Shown: positions 9,778 to 20,528, counted from the stretch's first letter. The stretch is DNA of 34,408 nt from an uncultured Candidatus Actinomarina sp. (GCA_902634185.1 CACPJC010000007.1:1-34408), one strand, 5' to 3'. A program made the numbers and translations. The notes: generated from the sequence alone by a model not told the origin.

Positions 9778-11578
9778 CCTCTATAACTTCGCCTTCAACT
9801 ACATCATCGGATTCATCTGATGAAGGGTCAGTTTTTTCATTTTGTGCTTCAGAATATAATTTCTCCGCAAACGACTGACTGGCTTTTGATAGGTCCTCAA
9901 TACCAACTTTTAAGTCGTTGGTTGTTATATCTTCTTTTTCTAAAAGCTTTTTTAACTTATCATTAGCATCGTTAATGGTAGCTAGTTCTTCTTCAGTTGC
10001 TTTCTCTTTATTTTCTTCAAGCATCTTTTCTGTAGATGTAACCATGCCTTCAGCCATATTTCTTGTTTCAACAAGTTCTTTCTTTTTTGCATCTTCATTA
10101 GCGTGCTGCTCGGCATCTTTAATCATTCTGTCAATTTCTTCATCTTCTAATGCAGTTCCGCCAGTTATTGTAATTGCCTGTTCCTTTCCAGTTCCAAGGT
10201 CCTTAGCGTTTACATTGACAATACCATTAGCATCTATATCAAACGTTACCTCAATCTGAGGTATTCCAGCCATTGCTGCAGGTATGTCGGTTAGGGTAAA
10301 CCTTCCAAGAGATTTATTTCCAGAAGCAACTTCTCTTTCTCCCTGTAGAATATGAATTTCTACTTGTGTTTGGTTGTTTTCAGCAGTACTAAAAACTTCG
10401 GATCTTTTTGTAGGAATAGTAGTGTTTCTTTCAATCATCTTTGTCATAATCCCACCTTTTGTTTCTACTCCTAGAGTAAGTGGTGTTACATCCAATAATA
10501 AGACATCTTTAACATCACCTTTTAAAACCCCTGCTTGTATGGCTGCTCCAGAAGCAACAACCTCATCTGGATTTACACCCTTGTGAGGATCTTTACCTGT
10601 TAGTGACTTTACAAGTTCTTGAACAGATGGCATTCTTGTTGATCCACCAACTAAAATAATGTGATCTATATCGGAATAGGTCATATCAGCATCTTTTAGT
10701 GCATTTTCCACTGGAGCTTTAGTCCTTTCGACTAAATCAGCAGTGATCTTTTCAAACTCGGACCTGCTTAGTTTTTCAACTAAATGCTGAGGACCAGAAT
10801 CATTAGCAGTAAGAAATGGTAAATTTATTTCTGTTTCACTTGTAGATGAGAGTTCAATTTTTGCCTTTTCTGCACCCTCTTGAATTCTTTGAATTGCCAT
10901 ATTGTCATTTGATAGATCTATTCCAGTTGATGACTTAAATTTTTCAATTATCCAATCCATAATTCTTTGGTCCCAATCATCACCACCCAGTTTTGAATCA
11001 CCGGATGTAGACTTTACTTCAAACACACCCTCCGAGATTTCCAATATTGAAACATCAAAGGTCCCTCCACCTAAATCAAATACAAGAATTTTTTGGTCTT
11101 CGTTATTTTCAAGCCCATATGCTAGTGAAGCAGCTGTTGGCTCATTAATTATTCTTAGAACCTCTAAGCCAGCAATTTGCCCAGCTTCCTTGGTGGCTTG
11201 TCTTTCAGCGTCATTAAAATATGCAGGAACAGTTATAACAGCCTCGGTAACTTTATCTCCTAGATAAGCTTCTGCATCCCTCTTTAATTTTTGAAGGATA
11301 CGTGCTGAAATTTCTTGAGGGGTATAATCTTTATTTTCAAAATTTTGATTCCAATCGGTACCCACATGTCTTTTTATTGACCTGACAGTATTATCTGGAT
11401 TTGTTATCGCTTGCCTTTTTGCAAGTTCTCCAACAAGTACATCATCTGATTTGAAAGCAACTATTGAAGGAGTAGTTCTATTTCCTTCAGCATTTGCAAT
11501 TACAGTTGGCTCACCACCTTCTAAAACCGAAACAACACTATTTGTTGTTCCGAGATCAATTCCTACTGCTTTTCCCAT
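9770..11578 (-). CDS. dnaK: Chaperone DnaK
   Basis: [35 protein letters not shown]. Confidence 0.99.
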   Translation of the reverse strand: MGKAVGIDLGTTNSVVSVLEGGEPTVIANAEGNRTTPSIVAFKSDDVLVGELAKRQAITNPDNTVRSIKRHVGTDWNQNFENKDYTPQEISARILQKLKRDAEAYLGDKVTEAVITVPAYFNDAERQATKEAGQIAGLEVLRIINEPTAASLAYGLENNEDQKILVFDLGGGTFDVSILEISEGVFEVKSTSGDSKLGGDDWDQRIMDWIIEKFKSSTGIDLSNDNMAIQRIQEGAEKAKIELSSTSETEINLPFLTANDSGPQHLVEKLSRSEFEKITADLVERTKAPVENALKDADMTYSDIDHIILVGGSTRMPSVQELVKSLTGKDPHKGVNPDEVVASGAAIQAGVLKGDVKDVLLLDVTPLTLGVETKGGIMTKMIERNTTIPTKRSEVFSTAENNQTQVEIHILQGEREVASGNKSLGRFTLTDIPAAMAGIPQIEVTFDIDANGIVNVNAKDLGTGKEQAITITGGTALEDEEIDRMIKDAEQHANEDAKKKELVETRNMAEGMVTSTEKMLEENKEKATEEELATINDANDKLKKLLEKEDITTNDLKVGIEDLSKASQSFAEKLYSEAQNEKTDPSSDESDDVVEGEVIEDE

Positions 11579-11595
11579 ATTTAACTTAATCCTCT

Positions 11596-11802
11596 CTAAT
11601 CAATCTGTGGTTCTTGTTCTCTTGGTAGATGTCCACGCACCCTTGGATAGGAGATAGGGGCATGTAAAAAACAAAATTTCTTTTTGTTGTAGACACTAAT
11701 TACTGTTTCACATGAATCAAATTCGCAAACTCTTCCAGAAGTGTATTTTTTTGATCTTCTCACCCCAGGCTTAACTGTTGAGGCTGTTAATGTTCCGCTC
11801 AT
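11596..11802 (-). CDS. Small basic protein with C-x4-C-x12-C-x2-H putative zinc finger
   Basis: ATG preceded by SD-like GAAAGGA; C26/C31/C44/H47; stop 17 nt before dnaK on the same strand. Confidence 0.75.
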   Translation of the reverse strand: MSGTLTASTVKPGVRRSKKYTSGRVCEFDSCETVISVYNKKKFCFLHAPISYPRVRGHLPREQEPQID

Positions 11803-11838
11803 TTATTTCCTTTCAATCTTACCACATTTGTTTATATT

Positions 11839-11860
11839 ATCTAAGTATATTTACTTAGAT
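11839..11860. promoter_or_regulatory. Perfect inverted repeat, candidate HspR operator (HAIR-like)
   Basis: ATCTAAGTA-TATT-TACTTAGAT, immediately upstream of a minus-strand -10-like TAATAT (11839-11834) for the dnaK operon. Confidence 0.55.
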
Positions 11861-11963
11861 CTATTACTAATATAATATAATTAGTTTTTTATGCAAACTT
11901 TTATTTAGGTTTCTTTGAATATCCTTATTTTTAGATAGTTTCTGTGCTTGATAATATTAAATA

Positions 11964-12749
11964 ATGGCAGAAATAGACGTTCATATAGTTGGAATTGGTA
12001 ACCTCGGAAAGTCTTTTCTAAGTGGTTTTGGATCTATCTCAGAAGGACCAAAACTATATCTATATGAATCAAACGAGGATATTGTTGCATCATTTAGTGA
12101 TAAACAAGAACTCAAATCAAGCTTAGGACAGCTAGATGAGGGAGTTCTTTTATTATGTATAAAACCAAATAATTTAAATGAATTTATTACTACAAACAAA
12201 GAACTTATATCACCTGACGTCTTAATAGTCACAGCACTTGCTGGATTAAATATAACCCACTTTGAAAATATTTTTAAGAATAAAATTTTGAGATTGATGC
12301 CTAATCTGTCCATAAAAGATAATAACGGTTTTATTCCTTACACAAAAAATTATGAAGATGATTACCTAGGCTTCATTAAATGCCTTAACGAACTTGGAAA
12401 AACTGCTGAATACCCTGAAAATTTATTTGATATTATTACCGCAATTTATGGAAGTGGACCAGCTTGGTATTTTGAAATGTCTTCAAAAATAGTTGACGCT
12501 GCTGAAAAACTCGGCATGGAAAAAGAGGAAGCCAACTTTATTGTTGAACAACTAATATTATCTTTGCCTTCATTATTAGGTGAGATAAGTTTTGATGAAA
12601 TTGTTGATAACATTAAATCACCAAATGGCACTACTGAGGCTGGTATCAATTCGCTGTCTGAAAACTATTTTGATAAAATAATATTTGACGCAATTGAAGC
12701 AGCGACTAACCGCTCAATTGAAATCTCAAAAGAAAATAACAATGAATAA
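11964..12749 (+). CDS. proC: Pyrroline-5-carboxylate reductase
   Basis: GIGNLG Rossmann motif, LCIKP, RLMPN, TAIYGSGPAW, SPNGTTEAG. Confidence 0.9.
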   Translation: MAEIDVHIVGIGNLGKSFLSGFGSISEGPKLYLYESNEDIVASFSDKQELKSSLGQLDEGVLLLCIKPNNLNEFITTNKELISPDVLIVTALAGLNITHFENIFKNKILRLMPNLSIKDNNGFIPYTKNYEDDYLGFIKCLNELGKTAEYPENLFDIITAIYGSGPAWYFEMSSKIVDAAEKLGMEKEEANFIVEQLILSLPSLLGEISFDEIVDNIKSPNGTTEAGINSLSENYFDKIIFDAIEAATNRSIEISKENNNE

Positions 12750-14901
12750 TAGTAAACCGAAAAAACAAGTCAATGATTATGTTTTATTGTTTTCTGCTGG
12801 TGCTGCTCTTTCGGTAGTATTTTTATGGCTTGCTAGCTACATATTTCCTGAAGGTGAAATTATTGGGGGGAGAAGAGTCTTTGAAAATATACCTAAATCA
12901 ATTCAATATATATTTTATATACTTAGTGCGTCATCAATATTTATTTCCGGTTATTTGTTTTCTCTTCGTGCAAAAAATTGGTCAAGAGGATCTGAAGAAA
13001 AAAGAAAAGTAAAAATTTCAGATAGGATATTTAGTTTCTTTGATGGAATACTCATGAGAACAACTTTAAGATTTAAAGCAGCTGGCTTAATGCACTCAAT
13101 GATATATTTAGGCTTTCTTGGATTATTTGCAGGAACAATAACTTTGGAGATTCACCACTTGATGCCGCCATCCTTAAAATTTTTGCAAGGTACAACATAT
13201 ATTGTTTATTCATTTTTACTAGAACTAGCATCACTTCTTTATCTCGCAGGGCTTGTTTGGGCTTTTTATAGAAGAATTTTTGGTACTGAAGACAGAATAA
13301 AAACTAAGACAAAAATAGACGATTATTTAACACTGTCCCTTTTAGCTTTTATGGGTGTTTCGGGTCTTACAACTGAAGCAGGAAGGATAATTGTTGAAGG
13401 ATTTCCTAACTATGAGAAGTGGAGTTTTGTAGGCTATTTTATTGCCACCCTTTTACCTCTTGAAAGCGGTGTGATATTTCATAGAATCTCGTGGATTCTT
13501 CATACTGTAAGCTTTTTTGTATTTTTACTAGTACTTCCACAATCAAAATTAAGACACATAATCACTTCTCCAGTAAATATGTATTTGAGTCCAAAAGAAA
13601 GACCAAAAGGTGCGATGAGAGATATTGGAAATCTAATTGAGGCGGAAGATATTGAAACTGTGGGTGCTGAATTAATTGAGAATTTTACATGGAAGCAACT
13701 TTTAGATCTTGATGCATGTACTGTGTGTGGTCGCTGTACTTCCGTTTGTCCAGCTAACCTTACAGGAAAACCATTGGATCCCCGAGAGATTATCTTGAAA
13801 GTTGGACAGGTTATGTCAGAAACCGGAAATCCTGCTGTACCTACAACCGTATCAACTCCTATAGACTTAAAAGTAAAATCATCAAGTGTATTTGAGCGAA
13901 TTACACCAGAAGAGCTTTGGGCTTGTACTTCTTGTAAAGCATGTGATGAAATTTGTCCTGTAAACATTGAAATTCTAGACAAGATACTTGATATGCGTAG
14001 ATACTTAGCATTGATGGCTTCCGATTTTCCTTCTGAGTTAGGAAAGGCATATGTTGCGATGGAAAATTCTTCAAATCCTTGGGGTGCATCTCAAGAAGAT
14101 AGAATGAAATGGTCAGAAGATTTAGATTTTGAAGTTCCTTTACTTGATGAAAAAAATAAAGAGGAAATTGATTACCTGTACTGGATAGGTTGTGCAGGAG
14201 CTTTTGATGATAGAAATGTCCCTGTAACAAGAGCTGTTGCAACACTCCTCAGAAGAGCAAATGTATCATATGCAGTCCTAGGTCCAAAAGAAGTTTGCAC
14301 AGGTGATTCTGCAAGAAGAACTGGAAATGAATTTGTATTTCAGCAGTTAGCAATTCAAAATATTGAGACGATGAATAACCTTGATGTTAAAAAAATTATC
14401 ACTCAGTGTCCGCACTGTTTTAATACAATTAAAAATGAATATCCCCAATTAGGCGGAAATTTTGAGGTCATACATCACAGTCAATTGTTGACTGAACTTG
14501 TCCAATCAGGACATATTGAAGTAGGAACAAGTGACAAACCACATGTCATTACATATCATGATTCCTGTTACCTAGGTAGACATAATGATATTTACACTGC
14601 TCCAAGAGAGATAGTTGGATCTATTGGTGGTATTGAAATTCGAGAAATGAAAAGACAAGGAACAACAAGCTTCTGCTGTGGTGCTGGTGGTGGACGAATG
14701 TGGATGGAAGAAGCAACCGGTAAAAAAGTTAATATCGAAAGAGTAGAGGAAGCTGTCGAAACTGGTGCTGATGAGGTCGCTGTTGCTTGTCCATTTTGTT
14801 ACATAATGATGGATGATGGAATGAAAGAGATTGGCCAAGGAGATAATGTCAGAGTAAGAGATGTTTCTCTTATATTGCTTGATAATTTAAGAAAAGATTA
14901 A
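12742..14901 (+). CDS. Membrane Fe-S oxidoreductase (NarI-like TM region, 2x[4Fe-4S], two CCG domains; FadF/EtfD-like)
   Basis: CTVCGRCTSVCP, CTSCKACDEICP, CPHC, YHDSCYLGR, CCGAGGG, ACPFC. The ATG at 12742 overlapping the proC stop is more plausible than 12685. Confidence 0.85.
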   Translation: MNNSKPKKQVNDYVLLFSAGAALSVVFLWLASYIFPEGEIIGGRRVFENIPKSIQYIFYILSASSIFISGYLFSLRAKNWSRGSEEKRKVKISDRIFSFFDGILMRTTLRFKAAGLMHSMIYLGFLGLFAGTITLEIHHLMPPSLKFLQGTTYIVYSFLLELASLLYLAGLVWAFYRRIFGTEDRIKTKTKIDDYLTLSLLAFMGVSGLTTEAGRIIVEGFPNYEKWSFVGYFIATLLPLESGVIFHRISWILHTVSFFVFLLVLPQSKLRHIITSPVNMYLSPKERPKGAMRDIGNLIEAEDIETVGAELIENFTWKQLLDLDACTVCGRCTSVCPANLTGKPLDPREIILKVGQVMSETGNPAVPTTVSTPIDLKVKSSSVFERITPEELWACTSCKACDEICPVNIEILDKILDMRRYLALMASDFPSELGKAYVAMENSSNPWGASQEDRMKWSEDLDFEVPLLDEKNKEEIDYLYWIGCAGAFDDRNVPVTRAVATLLRRANVSYAVLGPKEVCTGDSARRTGNEFVFQQLAIQNIETMNNLDVKKIITQCPHCFNTIKNEYPQLGGNFEVIHHSQLLTELVQSGHIEVGTSDKPHVITYHDSCYLGRHNDIYTAPREIVGSIGGIEIREMKRQGTTSFCCGAGGGRMWMEEATGKKVNIERVEEAVETGADEVAVACPFCYIMMDDGMKEIGQGDNVRVRDVSLILLDNLRKD

Positions 14902-15215
14902 CTGTTTTTACCCATAAAAAATTTCGAAATATTTCCCTTTGATTTATTTAGGCTGTAGATAACATATATTGCTGTAGTTAAATTACCTAAAATCATCAAG
15001 AAAAAAATCCAAATTAATGCAGATAATGCTTTTTCTTTATATGATATCCAAATTCCAATGAGAATAAACCCAGCATATAAATCAACAAGCGAGACGATAC
15101 CCCAAGGAAGAGATGGAATTGTTGAATCAAATAAAGAGACTTGGCTCTGAGCCCAAAATATTGTTGATACCATAGCTATAGTTATTAAATAAGCTATTAC
15201 TTTTGTTATAGTCAT
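14898..15215 (-). CDS. Small membrane protein, DUF1475-like
   Basis: PWGIVSLVDLYAGF and LGN motifs; about three TM segments. Confidence 0.65.
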   Translation of the reverse strand: MTITKVIAYLITIAMVSTIFWAQSQVSLFDSTIPSLPWGIVSLVDLYAGFILIGIWISYKEKALSALIWIFFLMILGNLTTAIYVIYSLNKSKGNISKFFMGKNS

Positions 15216-15245
15216 ACATTAGATTTTAAAGAAGAAGAAAAGTAT

Positions 15246-15866
15246 ATGGGAAACAATAGACAAGTAATTTTAAAAATATTTAGATTGGATAAAAATATTT
15301 ACAATGAACTTGCATCAGAAGTTAGCAATTTCCAAATTGCTATTGCAATCTACATTTCTGGTTTCTTATTTAGTGGTCTTGCAGCCTTAAACTTTTTAAG
15401 AAACTCACTTGTTTATCTTGAGGAAAATCTTGGATTAATTGTTGGCACCCTTCCGGTACAAACAGTCAATGAATTAAATAATTTAATAAGAGAGTTCGAG
15501 AATGTATTCGATTCTCAACAATTATTTGGATTACTTACAAGTTATTTAATTTCTAGCTTTGTATCAGGGTTTGTTGGTGTTGGCCTTGTTTATTTATTGT
15601 TGACACGTTTTTTTAGGAAAGAGACAGATTTTAGGCAAGTAGGAATAATTTATGGATTTTCAAACATTCCAGTTTTTTTAAATGGAGTAATCTTCTTTAC
15701 TAGTTCAATCCCTCTTCAAATATTTTTAATTATTGGAACTGCTATTTTTGCACTGGTTTGCTTAGGGTCAGGTTTAAAACAGGTATATCTTCTGAGAAAC
15801 ATTGAAGCTTTTTTATTAGTAGTTGTTTCTGGCTTCGGTAGTTCACTTTTTTCACAAGTAATATAA
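15246..15866 (+). CDS. Yip1-like multi-pass membrane protein
   Basis: About five hydrophobic segments; F.QV...YGFS.IP pattern. Confidence 0.55.
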   Translation: MGNNRQVILKIFRLDKNIYNELASEVSNFQIAIAIYISGFLFSGLAALNFLRNSLVYLEENLGLIVGTLPVQTVNELNNLIREFENVFDSQQLFGLLTSYLISSFVSGFVGVGLVYLLLTRFFRKETDFRQVGIIYGFSNIPVFLNGVIFFTSSIPLQIFLIIGTAIFALVCLGSGLKQVYLLRNIEAFLLVVVSGFGSSLFSQVI

Positions 15867-16460
15867 ATGAAAGCAGCAATTATCTTAGCCGCTGGAGAAT
15901 CGTCTAGGATGGGATTCCCAAAACAATTGGCTGAATATAAAGGTAAAACAATTTTGGAAACTGTTGTAGAAACCGTTTCCAATAGTATTGAAAATTCAAT
16001 TGTTGTATTAGGGCATGAAAACGAAACCCTTACTGAAAAGATTGATTTTAAAAACAGCACAATTCTTATCAATGAAAGTTGGGAGGAAGGAATTATTTCA
16101 TCAATTAGAACCGGATTATTCTATTTGAGCTCGGATAAAAATATCGATGGAGCATTGATATTCATGGGGGATCAGCCAGCAATTAATTCAGAAGTAATTG
16201 AAAAATTACTATTAACAAAGCATGATGATGATGAGGTCGTAGTCCCTCAATACCGATACGAAACAGGATACCCAATCTTGATACCTAGATATTTCTGGAA
16301 CAAACTTGAACTCATTACTCAAGATGATATTGATGGTGATGATTCAGTATTTAAAAATTTTGATTTGATTGACTTCTTTGAATCATCTGAATCAAAAATG
16401 AAAATTCTAAATTTTAATTTTCTTAAACCTACAGATTTTGACAAACAGTCTGATTTTTAA
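15867..16460 (+). CDS. MocA/MobA-like nucleotidyltransferase
   Basis: AIILAAGESSRMGFPKQL, GIISSIRTGL, MGDQP, C-terminal DFD..SD. Confidence 0.85.
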   Translation: MKAAIILAAGESSRMGFPKQLAEYKGKTILETVVETVSNSIENSIVVLGHENETLTEKIDFKNSTILINESWEEGIISSIRTGLFYLSSDKNIDGALIFMGDQPAINSEVIEKLLLTKHDDDEVVVPQYRYETGYPILIPRYFWNKLELITQDDIDGDDSVFKNFDLIDFFESSESKMKILNFNFLKPTDFDKQSDF

Positions 16461-16522
16461 GAGTGGGAAAATCTCCCTAAAAATTTTCTTAGTTTTTAAA
16501 AAAAATTTTGTAAACTTTAAAC

Positions 16523-16927
16523 ATGAATTCAATTGACTCAATAAATGGCATGACGCATACAGAAGCTACAAAATTAAGAAGAGCTAGAGTCAGAACTACA
16601 GTAACATTTCTCCAAATCGCATCAACTCGATCTGGAAGAGCATTACTTACAAAAGAGACTGGAATAACATCACCAAAACTTTTGCATTGGGCCAAACGCG
16701 CTGAACTGATGAAAATTAAGAACCTAGGTAGAGATTATGCAGATCTCTTAGAAGCTGTTGGTGTTGAAAGTGTGGCTGATCTTAAAAGAAGAAACCCTGA
16801 AAGCCTTCATGAGGTGATGCATAATGCAAATCAGGCAAAAAAAATTGTTGATAGAATGCCTTCACTTAAAAGAGTAACTAATTGGATTGATGATTCAAAA
16901 GATATTGTCATAACGGTATCTTCTTAG
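16523..16927 (+). CDS. DUF4332 family protein (helix-hairpin-helix-like)
   Basis: LLHWAKRAELMKIKNLG..YADLLEAVGVESV..L..RNP...N....V.RMPS...V..WI. Confidence 0.8.
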   Translation: MNSIDSINGMTHTEATKLRRARVRTTVTFLQIASTRSGRALLTKETGITSPKLLHWAKRAELMKIKNLGRDYADLLEAVGVESVADLKRRNPESLHEVMHNANQAKKIVDRMPSLKRVTNWIDDSKDIVITVSS

Positions 16928-16952
16928 TTAATCATTTAATTATCATTATTGT

Positions 16953-18659
16953 GTGAATACAAAAACACTAAGAATATCTTGTGCACAATTATCTTTTCCT
17001 GTTGGTGCGATCCAAGAAAATAAAGATAAAATAATCAACACATTAAAAGAGGCTGAAAAAGTACATTCTGATATTGTCTTATTTCCAGAACTTGCACTTA
17101 CAGGCTATCCTCCCGAAGATTTGCTACTAAGAGAAAGTTTTATCGGAAAAAATTTTGCGGTTATGGAAGAGATTGCGGAGTTTTCTGGAAAAACAAGTGG
17201 TGTAATCGGGTTTGTTGATCGTAGCTTAAAGAAACAAAAAAATGATAATGTCGACAGAGATATAGCCAATGCTGCTGCGATTGTTCAAAATGGTGATGTA
17301 AAAGGAATTTATCATAAATGTTTCCTACCTAATTATTCCGTTTTTGATGAAGCGAGATATTTTGACAAAGGTACAAACGCTTCAACTCTTTTTTGGTATG
17401 AAGATATTGCTGTAGGGATAAATATATGTGAAGATATTTGGATCGAAGATGGTCCAGCCGAAGAACAAGTAAAAAAGGGCGCTTCAATCATATTAAATAT
17501 AAATGCATCCCCATTTGATTTAAACAAAATTAACCAAAGGAAAGACAAAGTAAAAAATAAAGCAAAAAAACTAGGTGTACCAATTGTTTATCTAAATATG
17601 GTTGGTGGTCAAGATGAACTTGTTTTTGATGGTGGTTCATTTGTGGTTGATAAAAATGGAGAAATTATATACATGGCTCCACAATTTGAAGAAGACTTTT
17701 TTACTTTAGACGTTGAACTCGATGTAAAAGATATTATTTCAGAGTCAAATTTATATTTGAATGACAAGAATGTTGAGCTAGAACCATTAGTTAGTACAAA
17801 AGAGCTTGATAAAATCGAGTCTATGTATGCTGCTTTGAAACTAGGTCTATCTGACTATGTAACAAAAAACAAATTCAACAAAGTACTTGTTGGACTATCT
17901 GGTGGAATTGATTCAGCTCTAACGGCAACTATAGCTTGTGATGCGTTAACACCAGAACGTGTCATAGGTGTTGCAATGCCATCAAAATACAATCCAGAAT
18001 CATCCTTAGATGATGCAAAACAACTTGCTAAAAACTTAGGTATAAACATGAAAGAAATCACTATTGAGGATACTGTTGAAAATATAAGAACATTAGTTTC
18101 TGCAAATATTGAAGAACAATTGAAAAGTGTCGTAGATGAAAATATTCAGTCGAGGGTTAGGGGTAACCTCCTTATGGCACTATCAAATCAGTTAAATGCT
18201 ATGGTTGTCTCTACAGGCAACAAATCAGAAATGGCCGTAGGCTATGCTACTTTGTATGGGGACCTAGTTGGAGGATTTGCGCTCCTTAAAGATGTTTACA
18301 AAGCAGATGTATATAATCTGGCAAAATATAGAAATTTGATATCGGAGGTTATTCCACAAAACACTATAGACAAAGAACCAAGTGCAGAGCTTAGCGAAAA
18401 TCAGTTTGATTCAGACTCTCTTCCTGATTACGACACTTTAGATAAAATAATAAAACTTTATATTGAAGAAGATTTTTCCTCTGAGAAAATTATAAATTCT
18501 GGAATTGATAAGAATGTTGTATACGATGTGCTCGAAAAGATTGACAGAAATGAATATAAGAGAAATCAAGTCGCTCCTGGTGTAAAATTGACAAACAGAG
18601 CTTTTGGAAAAGATAGAAGAATGCCAATTACAAATACATATAAAAGGGAAAGAAATTAA
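16953..18659 (+). CDS. nadE: Glutamine-dependent NAD+ synthetase
   Basis: Nitrilase domain (FPEL, HKCFLPNY, ICEDIW) plus synthetase domain (GLSGGIDS, ENIQSR, STGNKSE, PSAEL). Confidence 0.96.
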   Translation: MNTKTLRISCAQLSFPVGAIQENKDKIINTLKEAEKVHSDIVLFPELALTGYPPEDLLLRESFIGKNFAVMEEIAEFSGKTSGVIGFVDRSLKKQKNDNVDRDIANAAAIVQNGDVKGIYHKCFLPNYSVFDEARYFDKGTNASTLFWYEDIAVGINICEDIWIEDGPAEEQVKKGASIILNINASPFDLNKINQRKDKVKNKAKKLGVPIVYLNMVGGQDELVFDGGSFVVDKNGEIIYMAPQFEEDFFTLDVELDVKDIISESNLYLNDKNVELEPLVSTKELDKIESMYAALKLGLSDYVTKNKFNKVLVGLSGGIDSALTATIACDALTPERVIGVAMPSKYNPESSLDDAKQLAKNLGINMKEITIEDTVENIRTLVSANIEEQLKSVVDENIQSRVRGNLLMALSNQLNAMVVSTGNKSEMAVGYATLYGDLVGGFALLKDVYKADVYNLAKYRNLISEVIPQNTIDKEPSAELSENQFDSDSLPDYDTLDKIIKLYIEEDFSSEKIINSGIDKNVVYDVLEKIDRNEYKRNQVAPGVKLTNRAFGKDRRMPITNTYKRERN

Positions 18660-19487
18660 ATGTATCTTATTAATGGGGTTGAGGTATCAAAAGAAGAATT
18701 TAATATACCTGTAGAAAACCTAGCTATTTGGAGAGGTGATGGAATTTTTGAAGCAATAGCCATACATAAAGGCTATTTATTTGGAATCGACAAGCACATG
18801 GAAAGATTCGCCCAATCTGCAGAAAAAATGTTTTTCAACAATATTAATTTTCAAGAAATAAAAGACAATCTTATTTCAATTGCTTCAAATTATGATGATG
18901 GCTACATGAGGGTAATTATTGGAAGAGGCTCGGATAAAGATAAAAGTGATGTCTATATTTTTTATCAAGAACTTATAAACTTCCCTGAGAGCTTCACATT
19001 ACAATCTCATTTGGCGCACTGGCATGCTGGAGGTGATTTTGATTTAAATGAAGTAAAAAATATTGGTTCAAAATCAATTTCCTACGCAATGAATCTTAAT
19101 CAGACAAGATTAGCTGAAAGAAATGGGTACACAGATTCATTGTTATTGAACAAAGATGGAATAGTACTAGAGGGTCCAACATTTTGTGTAAGTTGGATAA
19201 TTGATAACAAAATTTATGTACCTGATTTAGAACTTGGGATATTGGATTCCATTACTCGCCGCTCTCTTATCGACATAGCAAACGAGACAGATTTAGATTT
19301 AGAAATTTCCAGAATTCATATTAATGATATTTATAATGTCGATACAGTTTTTGCCCTTTCAACAGCTAAACATGCAATTTTTGTAAGTAAAATTGATGAC
19401 CAAGTTTATACTCAATCGCCTCTTTTAGAGAGAATCCGACATTCATTTACTGAATTTATTGAAAAAGAAAGACAATTAAACAAGTAA
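18660..19487 (+). CDS. Class IV PLP-dependent aminotransferase/lyase (IlvE/PabC/Dat-like)
   Basis: RGDGIFEAI, HMERF, putative PLP lysine in KSISY, EGPT, ILDSITR. Confidence 0.85.
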   Translation: MYLINGVEVSKEEFNIPVENLAIWRGDGIFEAIAIHKGYLFGIDKHMERFAQSAEKMFFNNINFQEIKDNLISIASNYDDGYMRVIIGRGSDKDKSDVYIFYQELINFPESFTLQSHLAHWHAGGDFDLNEVKNIGSKSISYAMNLNQTRLAERNGYTDSLLLNKDGIVLEGPTFCVSWIIDNKIYVPDLELGILDSITRRSLIDIANETDLDLEISRIHINDIYNVDTVFALSTAKHAIFVSKIDDQVYTQSPLLERIRHSFTEFIEKERQLNK

Positions 19488-19502
19488 TCAAAGGAGGTTC
19501 AA

Positions 19503-20525
19503 TTGAGATTAACTGAATACTCTCATGGCGCTGGTTGAGCTTGTAAACTCTCACCTGGTGAGCTTGCTCAAGTTTTGACGCAATTTAAAAATCATAAATC
19601 TACTGAATCTCCAAATTTATTAGTTGGATTAAATAATCCTGATGATGGAGGAGTTATTCAAGTTGGCGATCAAAAAATAATTCAAACTGTTGATTTTTTT
19701 ACTCCCATTCTTGATAATCCTTACGACTGGGGAAGAGTAGCAGCCGCAAATGCGCTATCAGATGTTTATGCAATGGGAGGAGAACCTATTTCAGCTTTGC
19801 AGTTAGTTTGTTGGCCTCGAAGTGAATTAAGTTTTGATATATTGTCTGAGGTGATTAAAGGTGGTCTTGACACAATGCAAAAAGCAAATTGTACTGTCAT
19901 TGGAGGTCATAGTATCGATGACAAAGAACCAAAATATGGTTTCTCCATCACTGGTGTTATAAAAGATAAGATATTTAAAAATAATGAAATTAAGGATGGA
20001 GATAGACTTTTTTTAACAAAACCAATAGGAACTGGGATTATTACAACTGCAATTAAAAGAGGAGTTGCTTCTGACGAAAGTGTAAATATTGTAACTGACA
20101 TTATGACTGAACTAAATAAAAAATCTTTAAATTTTTCATTGGATAATAATGCAAATGCAATTACAGATATAACTGGTTTTGGATTGTTGGGGCATTTGTA
20201 TGAAATGCTGAATGATTCCAAATTATCAGCAACAATTAAATTTGATTCTGTTCCTTTGATTGAAAATATTTATGATTATCTGGATAAAGAAATATTTCCT
20301 TCTGGAAGCTTGAGAAATTATGAATACCTATCAGACAAACTTATTTCTGATCTGGATGAGCAATCTTTAAAAATACTATGTGATGCACAAACTAATGGTG
20401 GCTTTCTCATTTCAATACCTAAGAACCAAAATATTAAACTTCAAAAAGATATGGAGCTCAACAAAAATATTTGGGAAATAGGTGAAATTAATTCTAAATA
20501 TAATGAAAAGATAAATATTATTTAA
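19503..20525 (+). CDS. selD: Selenide, water dikinase (selenophosphate synthetase) containing selenocysteine, 340 aa
   Basis: SD AGGAGGT at 19492-19498, TTG start at 19503, MRLTEYSHGAG-U-ACKLSPGEL with in-frame TGA at 19536-19538, then DD, QTVDFFTP, ANALSDVYAMGG, GGHS, TDITGFGLLGH, DAQTNGG. Confidence 0.95.
19535..19571 (+). promoter_or_regulatory. Bacterial SECIS-like hairpin
   Basis: Upper stem CTCAC-CTG-GTGAG (19550-19562) begins 11 nt after the UGA and has a G in the loop; lower stem TTGAGC/GCTCAA (19535-19540 / 19566-19571). Confidence 0.7.
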
Positions 20526-20528
20526 AAG

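Noticed and set aside
9918-11657. Antisense ORFs over dnaK, and similar shadow ORFs over other genes
   Set aside because: They lie wholly opposite well-conserved genes and are typical codon-bias artefacts.
16461-16500. GGGA-AAATC-TCCC hairpin as a terminator
   Set aside because: Only a 4-bp stem with no immediate U-tract; too weak to call.
19503-19574. selD as a pseudogene with a premature stop
   Set aside because: The TGA falls exactly at the catalytic Cys/Sec position and is followed by a SECIS-like hairpin; the rest of the gene is intact.
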